The notes under the pieces are model-generated. The model had not been told where the DNA came from and made no database searches. It saw nothing but the letters and a program-made list of their open reading frames with translations. From assembly GCA_963716255.1 (NCBI GenBank), contig OY970303.1, positions 5,824,001-5,888,000 of the forward strand: DNA of 64,000 bases, given 5' to 3'. Below are positions 43,249-51,851 of this stretch, piece by piece; the stretch's first letter is position 1; each line of letters begins with the position of its first letter. The translations under genes were made by a program, and so were the position numbers. This DNA comes from an uncultured Gemmatimonadales bacterium (GTDB taxonomy: Bacteria > Gemmatimonadota > Gemmatimonadetes > Longimicrobiales > Longimicrobiaceae).

Positions 43249-44472
43249 TCACTCCTGCCGGAGCGCGTCGATGGGGGAGAGCCTGGAGGCACGCCGCGCA
43301 GGATAGATGCCGAAGACGATCCCCACCAGCGCCGGGACGGCCATTGCGACCAGCAGGGTGCCGGGCGTGGGTAGGGTGGAGAGGGTCTGCCCCGTGTACA
43401 TCCGGATCAGTGGCGAAACCCCCGCGGCGGCGGCCGTGCCCAGCAGCACGCCCACCAGGCTCCCCAGGCCGCTGATGGCCAGCGACTCGAAGAGGAACTG
43501 CCAGACGATGTCGTGCCGCCGCGCCCCCAGCGCCCTGCGCAGCCCGATCTCGCGCGTCCGCTCCGCCACCGAGGCCAGCAGCACGTTCATCACGCCGATC
43601 CCGCCCACCAGCAGCGAGATACCGATGATGGCGCCCATCACCATCTTGAAGACTCCGATCCCCTCGGTGGCCTGCCGGACCTGGTCCTCGTAGGTGGAAA
43701 AGGTCAGCCGCGCCTCCGGGTCGCCGAAGTGGACGGCGCTCCAGTCCTCCACCGCGTCGCGCACGGGCTTCACGGCCTCGATGCTGGCCGCCCGCACCAG
43801 CATCAGCGGCGCCACGCGCGTCCCCGGGAACAGGTCCGGCGCCGCGGCGAGCGGCACGTACGCCAGCTCCTCGTCCCGCAGGGCGAAGATGCCGATCACC
43901 TGCCTCCGCTCGGTCCCCACCCGCACCGTGCGGTTGAGCAGCGTCAGGTAGGGGCGGGGATGGGCGAGCGACTTCGCCAGCTTCACCGAGAGCACCACCA
44001 CGGGGACGTCGCGGGCGGCCTCGGCGTCGATGAAGAAGCGGCCGTGGCGGATGTCCAGGTTGTCGAAGGACGCGCCGTTGGCGAGCGTGGCGACAGTGGC
44101 GGCCTGCTCCACGCGGTTGCCCCCTGCGAAGTAGCTCGCGCTTCCCCCCAGCCAGAGCGAGACGTCGGCCACGGCGGGAAGGTCGCGCACCCCGGCGGTG
44201 TTGTGCGGCGTGAAGACGACGGGCTCGCGCACCGCGACGCGGCGCCCGTCGACGCTCCGGGTGGTGCGCGGGATCACCTTCACCACCTGCACCGCCTCGC
44301 GCCCCAGGGCGTCGCGGACGTAGCGCTCCATCCCGTCGCCCAGCGACAGCACGCCCACGAGCGAGGCGACGCCGATGAGCACGCCCAGCGCGGACAGCAG
44401 GGTGCGGAGCAGGTTGCCGCGCAGCCCGTCCATGCCGGCCACCACGGAGGTGAGCATCGCCTGGGATCTCAT
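43249..44472 (-). CDS. ABC transporter permease, MacB/FtsX family
   Basis: LRTLLSALGVLIGVAS, VGGIGVMNVLLASVAERTREIGLRRALGA, YPARRASRLSPIDALR. Confidence 0.93.
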   Translation of the reverse strand: MRSQAMLTSVVAGMDGLRGNLLRTLLSALGVLIGVASLVGVLSLGDGMERYVRDALGREAVQVVKVIPRTTRSVDGRRVAVREPVVFTPHNTAGVRDLPAVADVSLWLGGSASYFAGGNRVEQAATVATLANGASFDNLDIRHGRFFIDAEAARDVPVVVLSVKLAKSLAHPRPYLTLLNRTVRVGTERRQVIGIFALRDEELAYVPLAAAPDLFPGTRVAPLMLVRAASIEAVKPVRDAVEDWSAVHFGDPEARLTFSTYEDQVRQATEGIGVFKMVMGAIIGISLLVGGIGVMNVLLASVAERTREIGLRRALGARRHDIVWQFLFESLAISGLGSLVGVLLGTAAAAGVSPLIRMYTGQTLSTLPTPGTLLVAMAVPALVGIVFGIYPARRASRLSPIDALRQE

Positions 44473-44715
44473 CTGTGCTCCACCGCGCGGAGGGCTGGGT
44501 CGGGAGGATGGATTGCGTGCCGCAGCAGGGGATACGGCGGCAGGGCGGGCCCGGGTTTCACGCCCGCGGGAGCTCCGTCATCCCCGGGAGGTGCGCATGG
44601 CGGGTAAGGTGCGGAATGCGTGGTGTGGAGAGTGGTGGGTTTCGCGCTGTTCTGGCCAAATTCTGAGCTTAGCCGGCGACTGGCCGGTCGTTTCCCCTCC
44701 TGGACGAGCACTCCC

Positions 44716-44847
44716 ATGAACGCCGCACGCCTCTTCCTCGCCCTCCTGCTGGCGGCATCGGCCGCCGTTTCCGCACCGCGCGTCTTCCCGGACGACGAGG
44801 TGGTGCCCGTCAGTCCGTTCCTGGGCTCGGGCGGGAAGGTGGGGTGA
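44716..44847 (+). CDS. Putative 43-aa secreted micropeptide ending [11 protein letters not shown]
   Basis: MNAARLFLALLLAASAAVSA signal peptide plus a short acidic/Gly-rich tail. Confidence 0.5.
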   Translation: MNAARLFLALLLAASAAVSAPRVFPDDEVVPVSPFLGSGGKVG

Positions 44848-44942
44848 CCCGCGCGGGCGCGGAGTGGCGCGGATGCGTGCGAAGTCGTCCTGTCCGTGAG
44901 GCATCGGCGATGCCCTCGTCCCCCCGGAAGCGGAGAACCGCC

Positions 44943-45425
44943 ATGAACCCGCCTCGTCGGCACGCACCGTGGACCCTGCCCGTGTTCCTTCCCCTCACCC
45001 TCGCGCTCGTGGCGTGCGGCCTGGCCCCGCTCGGCCCGTCCAGCCCCGCGGACGACCTCCGCGCCGCCCGCGCGGAGTGGGAGCGCCAGGGGATCTCCAG
45101 CTACCGCTACACCGTCCACAGGTCGTGCGAGTGCCTCCCGGAGGCGACCGCGCCGGCGCGGGTGGAGGTTCGCGACGGCCGCACGGTGTCCGTGGCGGCC
45201 ACGACCGGCGGTCGTCAGCTCCGGCCGGAGGACTTCGGACAGTACGACACGGTGGAGGAATTGTTCGCGGTCATCGAGGAAGCGATCTCCCGGGATCCGT
45301 ACCGCTTCAGCGCGAGCTACGACGAGCGCCTGGGGTACCCGCTCGGCTACTCGGTGGACTTCGACCGGGAGCACGCGGACGACGAGGGCGGCCTCGCCAT
45401 CACGGACTTCGAGGTGATCGAGTAG
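44943..45425 (+). CDS. DUF6174-like lipoprotein, paralogue 1
   Basis: Lipobox LVAC, ARAEW..YRY..SCEC, TVEELF, YDERLGYP, DDE. Confidence 0.75.
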   Translation: MNPPRRHAPWTLPVFLPLTLALVACGLAPLGPSSPADDLRAARAEWERQGISSYRYTVHRSCECLPEATAPARVEVRDGRTVSVAATTGGRQLRPEDFGQYDTVEELFAVIEEAISRDPYRFSASYDERLGYPLGYSVDFDREHADDEGGLAITDFEVIE

Positions 45426-45535
45426 CGGCGGATGCTTCAGAAGAGGGCCGCGGCCCCGCGCCCACGGGTGGGCACGGGGCCGTCGTATTCACCGGGTTCA
45501 CCGGTGGTGGGTTGCCAGCGGTGGCGTCGGACCGG

Positions 45536-45763
45536 CTACACGTAGACGCGGCAGATGCACCGGCCCAGGGCGCAGTAGCCCACGTCGTAGCCCTTCGCGC
45601 GGCAGGCCGCGGTGCAGTCGGACACCTGCACGCCGTCCAGCGAGCAGCCGGCGACCGTGGCGGCTTCGGGAGTCGCAAATGCCTGCGTCGCGCCGAAGCC
45701 CATCGCGCCCACGAACGACAGGGCGAGCAGGGCGCGGCGAAGGTGGGTCAAGGAGCGGTTCAT
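45536..45763 (-). CDS. Secreted 6-Cys defensin-like (CSab) peptide, 75 aa
   Basis: GGAGG RBS; signal peptide ending MGFGATQAFA; CSLDGVQVSDCTAACRAKGYDVGYCALGRCIC. Confidence 0.85.
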   Translation of the reverse strand: MNRSLTHLRRALLALSFVGAMGFGATQAFATPEAATVAGCSLDGVQVSDCTAACRAKGYDVGYCALGRCICRVYV

Positions 45764-45900
45764 CTGTCCTCCAGGGAGACGGGGAGCAGGGCAGCCAGAG
45801 CGGGCTGTATCTCCGAATGATACACGACACAAATCGTGGCGCAAGCATGTCGCGTCTCACGATGCGGCGGCGGTTTTTGCGGTGTCGGCCAGAGCAATTC

Positions 45901-45929
45901 TTGACACTTTACCTTGCGGCCGGCACAGT
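45901..45929 (+). promoter_or_regulatory. Candidate sigma-70 promoter for the NACHT gene
   Basis: TTGACA-17 nt-CACAGT. Confidence 0.45.
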
Positions 45930-46048
45930 AGGAGCGTGACGGAGCAGCGTTCCTCCGCTTCAAAGCCTGACCGGCGGCACAGTTCCGACGAGCAGGCAGG
46001 TGAATGCCTATCATATTACTTCGGTAACCCCTCAACCATTCACTGGGT

Positions 46049-49000
46049 ATGACCATGGCGACCCGCTTCACCCAGAGACTCAAGCCGACATCACAGGACA
46101 AGCGGTTTCTTGCCGAGGGTGTGGACCGGATCAAGACGGTCACCGACTTCCTTGCCGACGCGATTGAGGGGGTCAAGGACACAGACTTTCCCGCTGCCGT
46201 CGCGGAGGCAGCCCCTTGGGCCGGGCTGATCAGTGAGGCGGTCGCCGAGGCCGTGCCGCCGATCAAGTTCGTTCTGAAGCTCTACGAAAAGCTGACGAAA
46301 GAGCATGATCCCCTGGTTCTCGGCTACTTCGCCTGCACGTTGGCGTACCAGCGCGCGGTAGAGGAATCGGTCGCGGAGGTAGGGCGGCCGGAGCAAGCCC
46401 GCAGTGTTCCAACGGACACCCGGAAGCAGCTCGAAGAATACGAGCCATCCGATGTGGACCTCAGCGGTTTTTCGCTGGGAAACGCACTGGAGCATGATTT
46501 CGTCGGGGTTGCTGATCGTGCCTTGCTGGAGGCCGTGCGGTCGGTAGGCTACAGCGAGAACCAAATTACCTCGCTGGTCACTCTGGTCCACGAGCGGTTC
46601 GTTGCCGTGCTCAAGGAGCTTCTGACCAACGGTCAGACGGCGGAGCGGTTCCGGCCTTTCAAAGAATTGATGGAGCTCGACACCGGAGAGCGGCAGGCAT
46701 ACAACGCACTGTACGAGCACGCAAGATATCAACGCTGGCTTTTCGAGGAGAAGCCAGTGTTCGAGCGGGAGCCGTTCGCGTTGAAGCACGTCTACATCGA
46801 TACGGAATGCGGCAAGCTCACGTGGAGCGAGATCCGCGGCGGAGATGCCCAGAGATCTGGACAGCGCGTGGACGCGTTCTCCGAGCAATGGGGCGGACGT
46901 CATCCATTGCTTGAGCAGGTGCTGGACCTGATTGCCGACCCCGGATTCCGGGATGCGATTGTTATCCAGGGAGTTGCCGGCGCGGGAAAGTCGGCGTTCA
47001 CGCTCCGTCTGTGCGTGGAGCTCCTGGAACAGGGCCTTCGGCCCATTCGTGTGCGCCTCCGGGACCTGCGCCTCGATGTGCACGTCAAGGACGCGCTGCC
47101 GAAAGCCGTCCGCTTGGACGAGGAGCCGCCCCGAAAACCCGCCGGCCAGCCTCGGCCGGACGACCTTTTCCTCGACGGACGGATCTTCAAGTCGTCGGTC
47201 CCGTTCCGGGGCCATGACATCTGCCCGTACGTGCTGATTCTCGACGGGTGGGACGAGATCAGCATCGCCTCGGCGGAGGACTTCAAGTCCCGGGTCTCGA
47301 GGATGCTGGAGCAGGTTCGATCTGAGTACCTGTCCTCGTATGGAGTTCCGGTCCGGGTGATCCTCACCGGCCGCCCCTCCAACGACGTGAGCGGCAGTAA
47401 TTTTCTGCGCGACAGGACCCCGGTGCTCACCGTTCGTCCTCTCCGGCCGGAGCAGCTCCGCAAGTTCGTGCAGGACTTGAGCAACGCGCTCGCGGAACGG
47501 CCGGTTCCAGTTGTGACGGCCGACGAGTGGAGGTTGACCGAGCCGGAAAAGCTCGAACCAGCCCTCGTGCGCTACGAGGAGGAGTTCGCCGCAATGATGC
47601 AGGCGGTTAACCGTGAAGACGGTGCGTACCCCCTGAGTGCGACGGGGGCATTGGAGGGCAGCATGGAAGTTCTCGGGCTTCCCTTGCTCGCTCACCTCGC
47701 GGTACGGCTGATCTCCGGGTGGAAGGAGGACACGGCGAAGCTTCTGGCCACGTCCACTACACTCTATAGATTCCTAGTGGATCTCACAGTCAAGAACGCC
47801 GGCAAGTCGCCGCACGACAACGAGGGAACGGACACGCAGGCCCGTATCAGTGGTGAGGAGTTGCGCGACCTGCTTCGCCGTACCGCAGTCGCCATGACGA
47901 TCCTCTTCCAGGAAAGCATTTCGGACAGGGAACTGTCTATGCGCCTCGACCTCCGGGGTGATGAGCTCGACCAGCGGGTCTCCAAGGCGACCGCGGACAA
48001 CGTGCTCTCGGAGTTGATGATCAGCTTCTACTTCAAGGGTGGTCACCCAGGTCACGGCTGCGAGTTCCTGCACAAATCCTTCCGAGAGTACCTGTTCGCT
48101 GAGGAGATCGTCGAGACGCTGAAGGCGTACGGCAGGTCAGCTCCGGCAAATCTGAGCGAGCGTCAGGAATACTGGAAGGATTTCGCCCCGAGGGATCCGC
48201 GGTATGACCTCTCGCGCAAGCTTGGCAATCTTTTCGGGCCCGGATGGATAACTCCCGAGGTGGCCTCACACCTCCGAGAGCTGATCACCTGGGAGATCTC
48301 CCGGTCTACCGCGGCCCAGCTCAAAACGGACGGTGCCACGGATCCGTTGGACCTCACTGGGTGGGAGCGGGTGAGAGACGGCCTAGCGGACCTCTGGGAC
48401 TGGTGGGGCGAGGGGGTCCACCTCCGCCCCCAGCCGCCCGAGCAGCCGTGGATGCAGGCTCCCCCTCTGTTCGCCACCGAGGTGATCCAGTGGTCCATGC
48501 CGATGGATCCGGAGAAACGCATGCGTCCGATCGAGCCGAAGCGTACGGCGAGTGTGGACGCTCACCTGGGAGATGGCCTTTTCCGGCTGTGTGCTCCGAT
48601 ACACTTCGATCTTGCGGTGGCAACTGGTTGGCTCAGCCCACGCGATCCTGACGGCGGTCTACCCACGCCTCGACAGAACTGGGAGGGTGTTTCAAGCATC
48701 GGCAAAGGTCCCAGGAGGTGCCAGGCAAGCGTGCAGCAGGAGGGTCGCACGTGGACCCTATTCGCTCCTTCCGGGAAGGACCCGAGCTTCTTCGCGAACT
48801 ACGGGCACCGCATCAACGGTGCGGGCTGGCGCTTGCAAGGTGACTTTCCCGGGGGAATGGATCTTAGTGGAACCGATCTGAGAGGAACGCGACTGCTGAA
48901 CTCCAGCGATTTTAGAAGATTTCCTACTATCTGGTCTTTCGCTAACCTCTTGCAAGTCAATGCAGTGCGCAATTACTTCGTAGACCATGAATTGCGATAT

Positions 49001-49648
49001 GTGCTTGCTGATCATATGGCGCTTATCTCGTCCGTCTGCACCGGCGCCGACTTCACTGGAGCATCTCTCTATGGGAGTGACTTGGCACTGATCTACGCAC
49101 CCGGCGCTAAATTCGACCGAGCCAACTTAGCGATCGCGGGTCTCGAAGGAGGTCATTTCGTCAAGGCTTCTTTTGCTCACGCTGACTTACGCAGAGTCAA
49201 GACTTCTGATAGTGATTACGGGGGTGCTGATTTCCATGATGCCTCGTTCTTAAACTCAAAAATTGACGAAAATCTGATCGAAATGTTGGGTCGTTCCGAG
49301 ATCGCTCTCGACGCTGGTGAACAACAATTACTCACCGACTCATCACCTTATACTAACCCACAACAGGAGAAGGCGGGTGGATTCGTTCAGCTGGCGCTCC
49401 CCGGCGAGGCCGCGCACGCGCCCGCCGCGGCCGCCGGCAAGCTCCCCTGGCCCGGCCGCGCCATCGAGCAGATCGGCGCGCTGAAGTCGCTGGTCGCCGC
49501 CGCGCCCGCCGGGGTGGACGAGGCCGCTGCCGCGTTCGGCCGCGCCCCCGCCGAGCTGGTGCGCCGCCACCTGGAAACGCTGGTGCTCGTGGGCGAGGTG
49601 CGCCAGGACGAGCACGGCCGCTTCGCCGCCGTCGCCGAGCCGCTGTAG
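46049..49648 (+). CDS. NACHT-family STAND NTPase with pentapeptide repeats and a GC-rich C-terminal extension
   Basis: Walker A GVAGAGKS, Walker B VLILDGWDE, ILTGRP, GLPLL, FLHKSFREYL; pentapeptide units ADFTG/ASLYG/AKFDR/ASFAH/ADLRR. Confidence 0.88.
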   Translation: MTMATRFTQRLKPTSQDKRFLAEGVDRIKTVTDFLADAIEGVKDTDFPAAVAEAAPWAGLISEAVAEAVPPIKFVLKLYEKLTKEHDPLVLGYFACTLAYQRAVEESVAEVGRPEQARSVPTDTRKQLEEYEPSDVDLSGFSLGNALEHDFVGVADRALLEAVRSVGYSENQITSLVTLVHERFVAVLKELLTNGQTAERFRPFKELMELDTGERQAYNALYEHARYQRWLFEEKPVFEREPFALKHVYIDTECGKLTWSEIRGGDAQRSGQRVDAFSEQWGGRHPLLEQVLDLIADPGFRDAIVIQGVAGAGKSAFTLRLCVELLEQGLRPIRVRLRDLRLDVHVKDALPKAVRLDEEPPRKPAGQPRPDDLFLDGRIFKSSVPFRGHDICPYVLILDGWDEISIASAEDFKSRVSRMLEQVRSEYLSSYGVPVRVILTGRPSNDVSGSNFLRDRTPVLTVRPLRPEQLRKFVQDLSNALAERPVPVVTADEWRLTEPEKLEPALVRYEEEFAAMMQAVNREDGAYPLSATGALEGSMEVLGLPLLAHLAVRLISGWKEDTAKLLATSTTLYRFLVDLTVKNAGKSPHDNEGTDTQARISGEELRDLLRRTAVAMTILFQESISDRELSMRLDLRGDELDQRVSKATADNVLSELMISFYFKGGHPGHGCEFLHKSFREYLFAEEIVETLKAYGRSAPANLSERQEYWKDFAPRDPRYDLSRKLGNLFGPGWITPEVASHLRELITWEISRSTAAQLKTDGATDPLDLTGWERVRDGLADLWDWWGEGVHLRPQPPEQPWMQAPPLFATEVIQWSMPMDPEKRMRPIEPKRTASVDAHLGDGLFRLCAPIHFDLAVATGWLSPRDPDGGLPTPRQNWEGVSSIGKGPRRCQASVQQEGRTWTLFAPSGKDPSFFANYGHRINGAGWRLQGDFPGGMDLSGTDLRGTRLLNSSDFRRFPTIWSFANLLQVNAVRNYFVDHELRYVLADHMALISSVCTGADFTGASLYGSDLALIYAPGAKFDRANLAIAGLEGGHFVKASFAHADLRRVKTSDSDYGGADFHDASFLNSKIDENLIEMLGRSEIALDAGEQQLLTDSSPYTNPQQEKAGGFVQLALPGEAAHAPAAAAGKLPWPGRAIEQIGALKSLVAAAPAGVDEAAAAFGRAPAELVRRHLETLVLVGEVRQDEHGRFAAVAEPL

Positions 49649-49758
49649 CCCGGCCGGCGGAGCGCCATTCCGCGGGCCGCGGGTGACCGGCCCGGCCGGC
49701 GCGTCGTCGTTCCTCGCCGTCCCACGCCGCTTCGGTCCCAGCCACCCGGAGGAACGCC

Positions 49759-50217
49759 ATGTCCAACCCCCGTACGATCGCAGGGCTCCCGCTGCTCGCC
49801 CTCGCTCTCCTGGCCGGCGCGTGCTCGGACGGCCCCTTCGACGCCTCCGGCGCCCGCGACGAGCTCCGGGCCGCCCGCTCCGTGTGGCAGCGGGAGCGCC
49901 CCGCCGACTACGCCTACACCGTCGCGCGGGTCTGCTACTGCGGCCACGAAGTCGCCGGCCCCGTGCGCGTGGAGGTGCGCGGCGGCCAGACCCCCCTGGG
50001 CGGGCAGGGTCTACGGGAGGGCGCCTTCGACGGCCTGGACACCGTGGAGGAGCTGTTCGCGGCCGTGGAGGCCGCCATCGAGGCCGACCCCTACCAGCTC
50101 TCGGCCGGCTACGACTCCGAGCGCGGGCACCCCCTCGTCCTCGCGGTGGACTACGACCGGCAGGCCGTGGACGAGGAGGGCGGCTTCGTCGTGAGCGACT
50201 TCACGGCGCTCCCCTAG
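49759..50217 (+). CDS. DUF6174-like lipoprotein, paralogue 2
   Basis: Lipobox AGAC, ARSVW..YAY..VCYC, DTVEELF, YDSERGHP; aligns with 44943..45425. Confidence 0.75.
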   Translation: MSNPRTIAGLPLLALALLAGACSDGPFDASGARDELRAARSVWQRERPADYAYTVARVCYCGHEVAGPVRVEVRGGQTPLGGQGLREGAFDGLDTVEELFAAVEAAIEADPYQLSAGYDSERGHPLVLAVDYDRQAVDEEGGFVVSDFTALP

Positions 50218-50256
50218 CGCCGGGCAGCATCCACCCGCATCCCCCGGAGCTCCGCC

Positions 50257-50691
50257 ATGGCCGGCATCGAAGACGCCATCGCCCTCGCCGTGCAGGCCCA
50301 CCGCGGCCAGAAGGACCGCGCCGGCGCGCCGTACATCCTGCACCCGCTGCGGATGATGTTCCGCGTGGAGACCGACGCCGAGAAGATGGCCGCCGTGCTG
50401 CACGACGTGGTGGAGGACACCGGCTGGACGCTGGACGACCTGCGCGCCGAGGGCTTTCCCGAAGAGGTGGTCGCCGCCGTGGACCACCTCACCCGCCGCG
50501 AGGAAGAGAGCTACGAGGAGTTCGTGATCCGCGCCGCCGGCCACCCGGTCGCCCGCCGCGTCAAGATCGCCGACCTGGAAGACAACATGGACGTCCGCCG
50601 CATGGGCACCGTGACGGAAAAGGACGGGGACCGGCTCACCCGCTACCACCGCGCCTGGCGCTCCCTCACCGCCGACCTCCCGGGCGTGTAG
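50257..50691 (+). CDS. Stand-alone HD-domain hydrolase (RelA/SpoT hydrolase-like)
   Basis: AHRGQKDRAGAPYILHP, AAVLHDVVED, VKIADLEDN. Confidence 0.88.
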   Translation: MAGIEDAIALAVQAHRGQKDRAGAPYILHPLRMMFRVETDAEKMAAVLHDVVEDTGWTLDDLRAEGFPEEVVAAVDHLTRREEESYEEFVIRAAGHPVARRVKIADLEDNMDVRRMGTVTEKDGDRLTRYHRAWRSLTADLPGV

Positions 50692-50770
50692 CGGCGGGCG
50701 CGCTCCTTGCCTCCCCCGGCGGGCATTTCGTCTCAGTGAAGCCTCGACCCGGAACCGGAGGTGTGGTCCG

Positions 50771-50860
50771 ATGAACGCAAGACAAGCGCTCCGCTGGCTG
50801 GCGCTCGCCGCCGTGCTCACGCTCCCGGGCTGCCTGGTGTTCACCTGCAGCTACCCGTGA
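50771..50860 (+). CDS. Putative 29-aa micro-lipoprotein
   Basis: GGAGG RBS; MNARQALRWLALAAVLTLPG-CLVFTCSYP. Confidence 0.55.
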   Translation: MNARQALRWLALAAVLTLPGCLVFTCSYP

Positions 50861-50877
50861 GGTCTTTGCGCTGAGGC

Positions 50878-51078
50878 GGGCCGCTGCGGAGCCGGACGAT
50901 ACTGCCGTCCGTCTCCTCCGCGGGCTCCGGGAACCCCGCCAAACAGCCGGCGGGTTTCCCTGCGCCGGAGTGAGCCTCGCCAAACAGCCGGCGAGTCTCC
51001 CTCCGAACAGATTCATACGGGTACTGCGGCAACTGCGAACGGCGCCCCCACCGTGGTTTCCCGGTGGGGGCGCCGTCG
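50878..51078 (-). repeat. Family B, copy 5
   Basis: Three-hairpin array just downstream of the last lasso precursor. Confidence 0.9.
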
Positions 51079-51164
51079 CGTGCTTCGTGCTCGTCCTCGG
51101 GTCCGGCCGGCGGCACGTCCGGGCACGCGGCTACCCGGCTACTTCAAGCTGCGTCCAGACTTTC

Positions 51165-51308
51165 CTACCTGCGCTCGCGCGGCCGAGGGAACGGCGGCCC
51201 CGGGCGGAAGTTGATCAGCTCCAGGGAGCGTCCGTGCTCTCCCTGGGTCATGGAGACCGCGTTCCCGTGCTGCGTCAGCATAGGTGCGGCATAGGGCTTC
51301 TTCTGCAT
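51165..51308 (-). CDS. Lasso peptide precursor A6 (core GEHGRSLELINFRPGPPFPRPRERR)
   Basis: Leader MQKKPYAAPMLTQHGNAVSMTQ with YxxPxL and Thr(-2); AAGGA RBS. Confidence 0.88.
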   Translation of the reverse strand: MQKKPYAAPMLTQHGNAVSMTQGEHGRSLELINFRPGPPFPRPRERR

Positions 51309-51412
51309 GCGATCCTTCCTTTCGCCGGGACGGTGCCCGGCGGGTGTGCGGCGCTCGCCGCGGTTGAAGGTGCGCGTGCCCCGACGGTCCGCCGGCCGGA
51401 CCTCCCGCGCCG

Positions 51413-51529
51413 TCAGATCCTCAGCCGCCAGCAGGTCAGCTCCAGCGTCCTCCCGAACGTTCCCATCGTGTTCGCCACCGCACATCCGAAGCGGGTGAGC
51501 GTCGGGATGGTGTAGGACTTCCTTGCCAT
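51413..51529 (-). CDS. Lasso peptide precursor A5 (core GTFGRTLELTCWRLRI)
   Basis: Leader MARKSYTIPTLTRFGCAVANTM; GAGGAGG RBS. Confidence 0.88.
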   Translation of the reverse strand: MARKSYTIPTLTRFGCAVANTMGTFGRTLELTCWRLRI

Positions 51530-51607
51530 GTCGCCCTCCTCTTTTGGAACAGGGGACTTACCGCGCGCCCGGAAACCCCGGGCGCGCGGGACATGCATGC
51601 GCCTGGC

Positions 51608-51727
51608 TCAGGGCAGGCCCAGGCGGAAGTTGATGAACTCCAGGAGCCGGCCGACGCGGCCGAGCGTCATCGCCACGGCACTGCCGTGCCGGGTGAGGAC
51701 CGGGGTGGTGTAGGACTTCTTCCGCAT
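51608..51727 (-). CDS. Lasso peptide precursor A4 (core GRVGRLLEFINFRLGLP)
   Basis: Leader MRKKSYTTPVLTRHGSAVAMTL. Confidence 0.9.
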   Translation of the reverse strand: MRKKSYTTPVLTRHGSAVAMTLGRVGRLLEFINFRLGLP

Positions 51728-51851
51728 GAGATCCATCCTTTCGCCGGGCGTGCCCGGCAGGTGTGCGGCTTCGCCGCGGTGAAGGAGGACGCTGGTGCGC
51801 CCCCCGCGGCCGCCCCACCGGGACGGCCGCTTCCGTGCTGCGCTATTCCCT

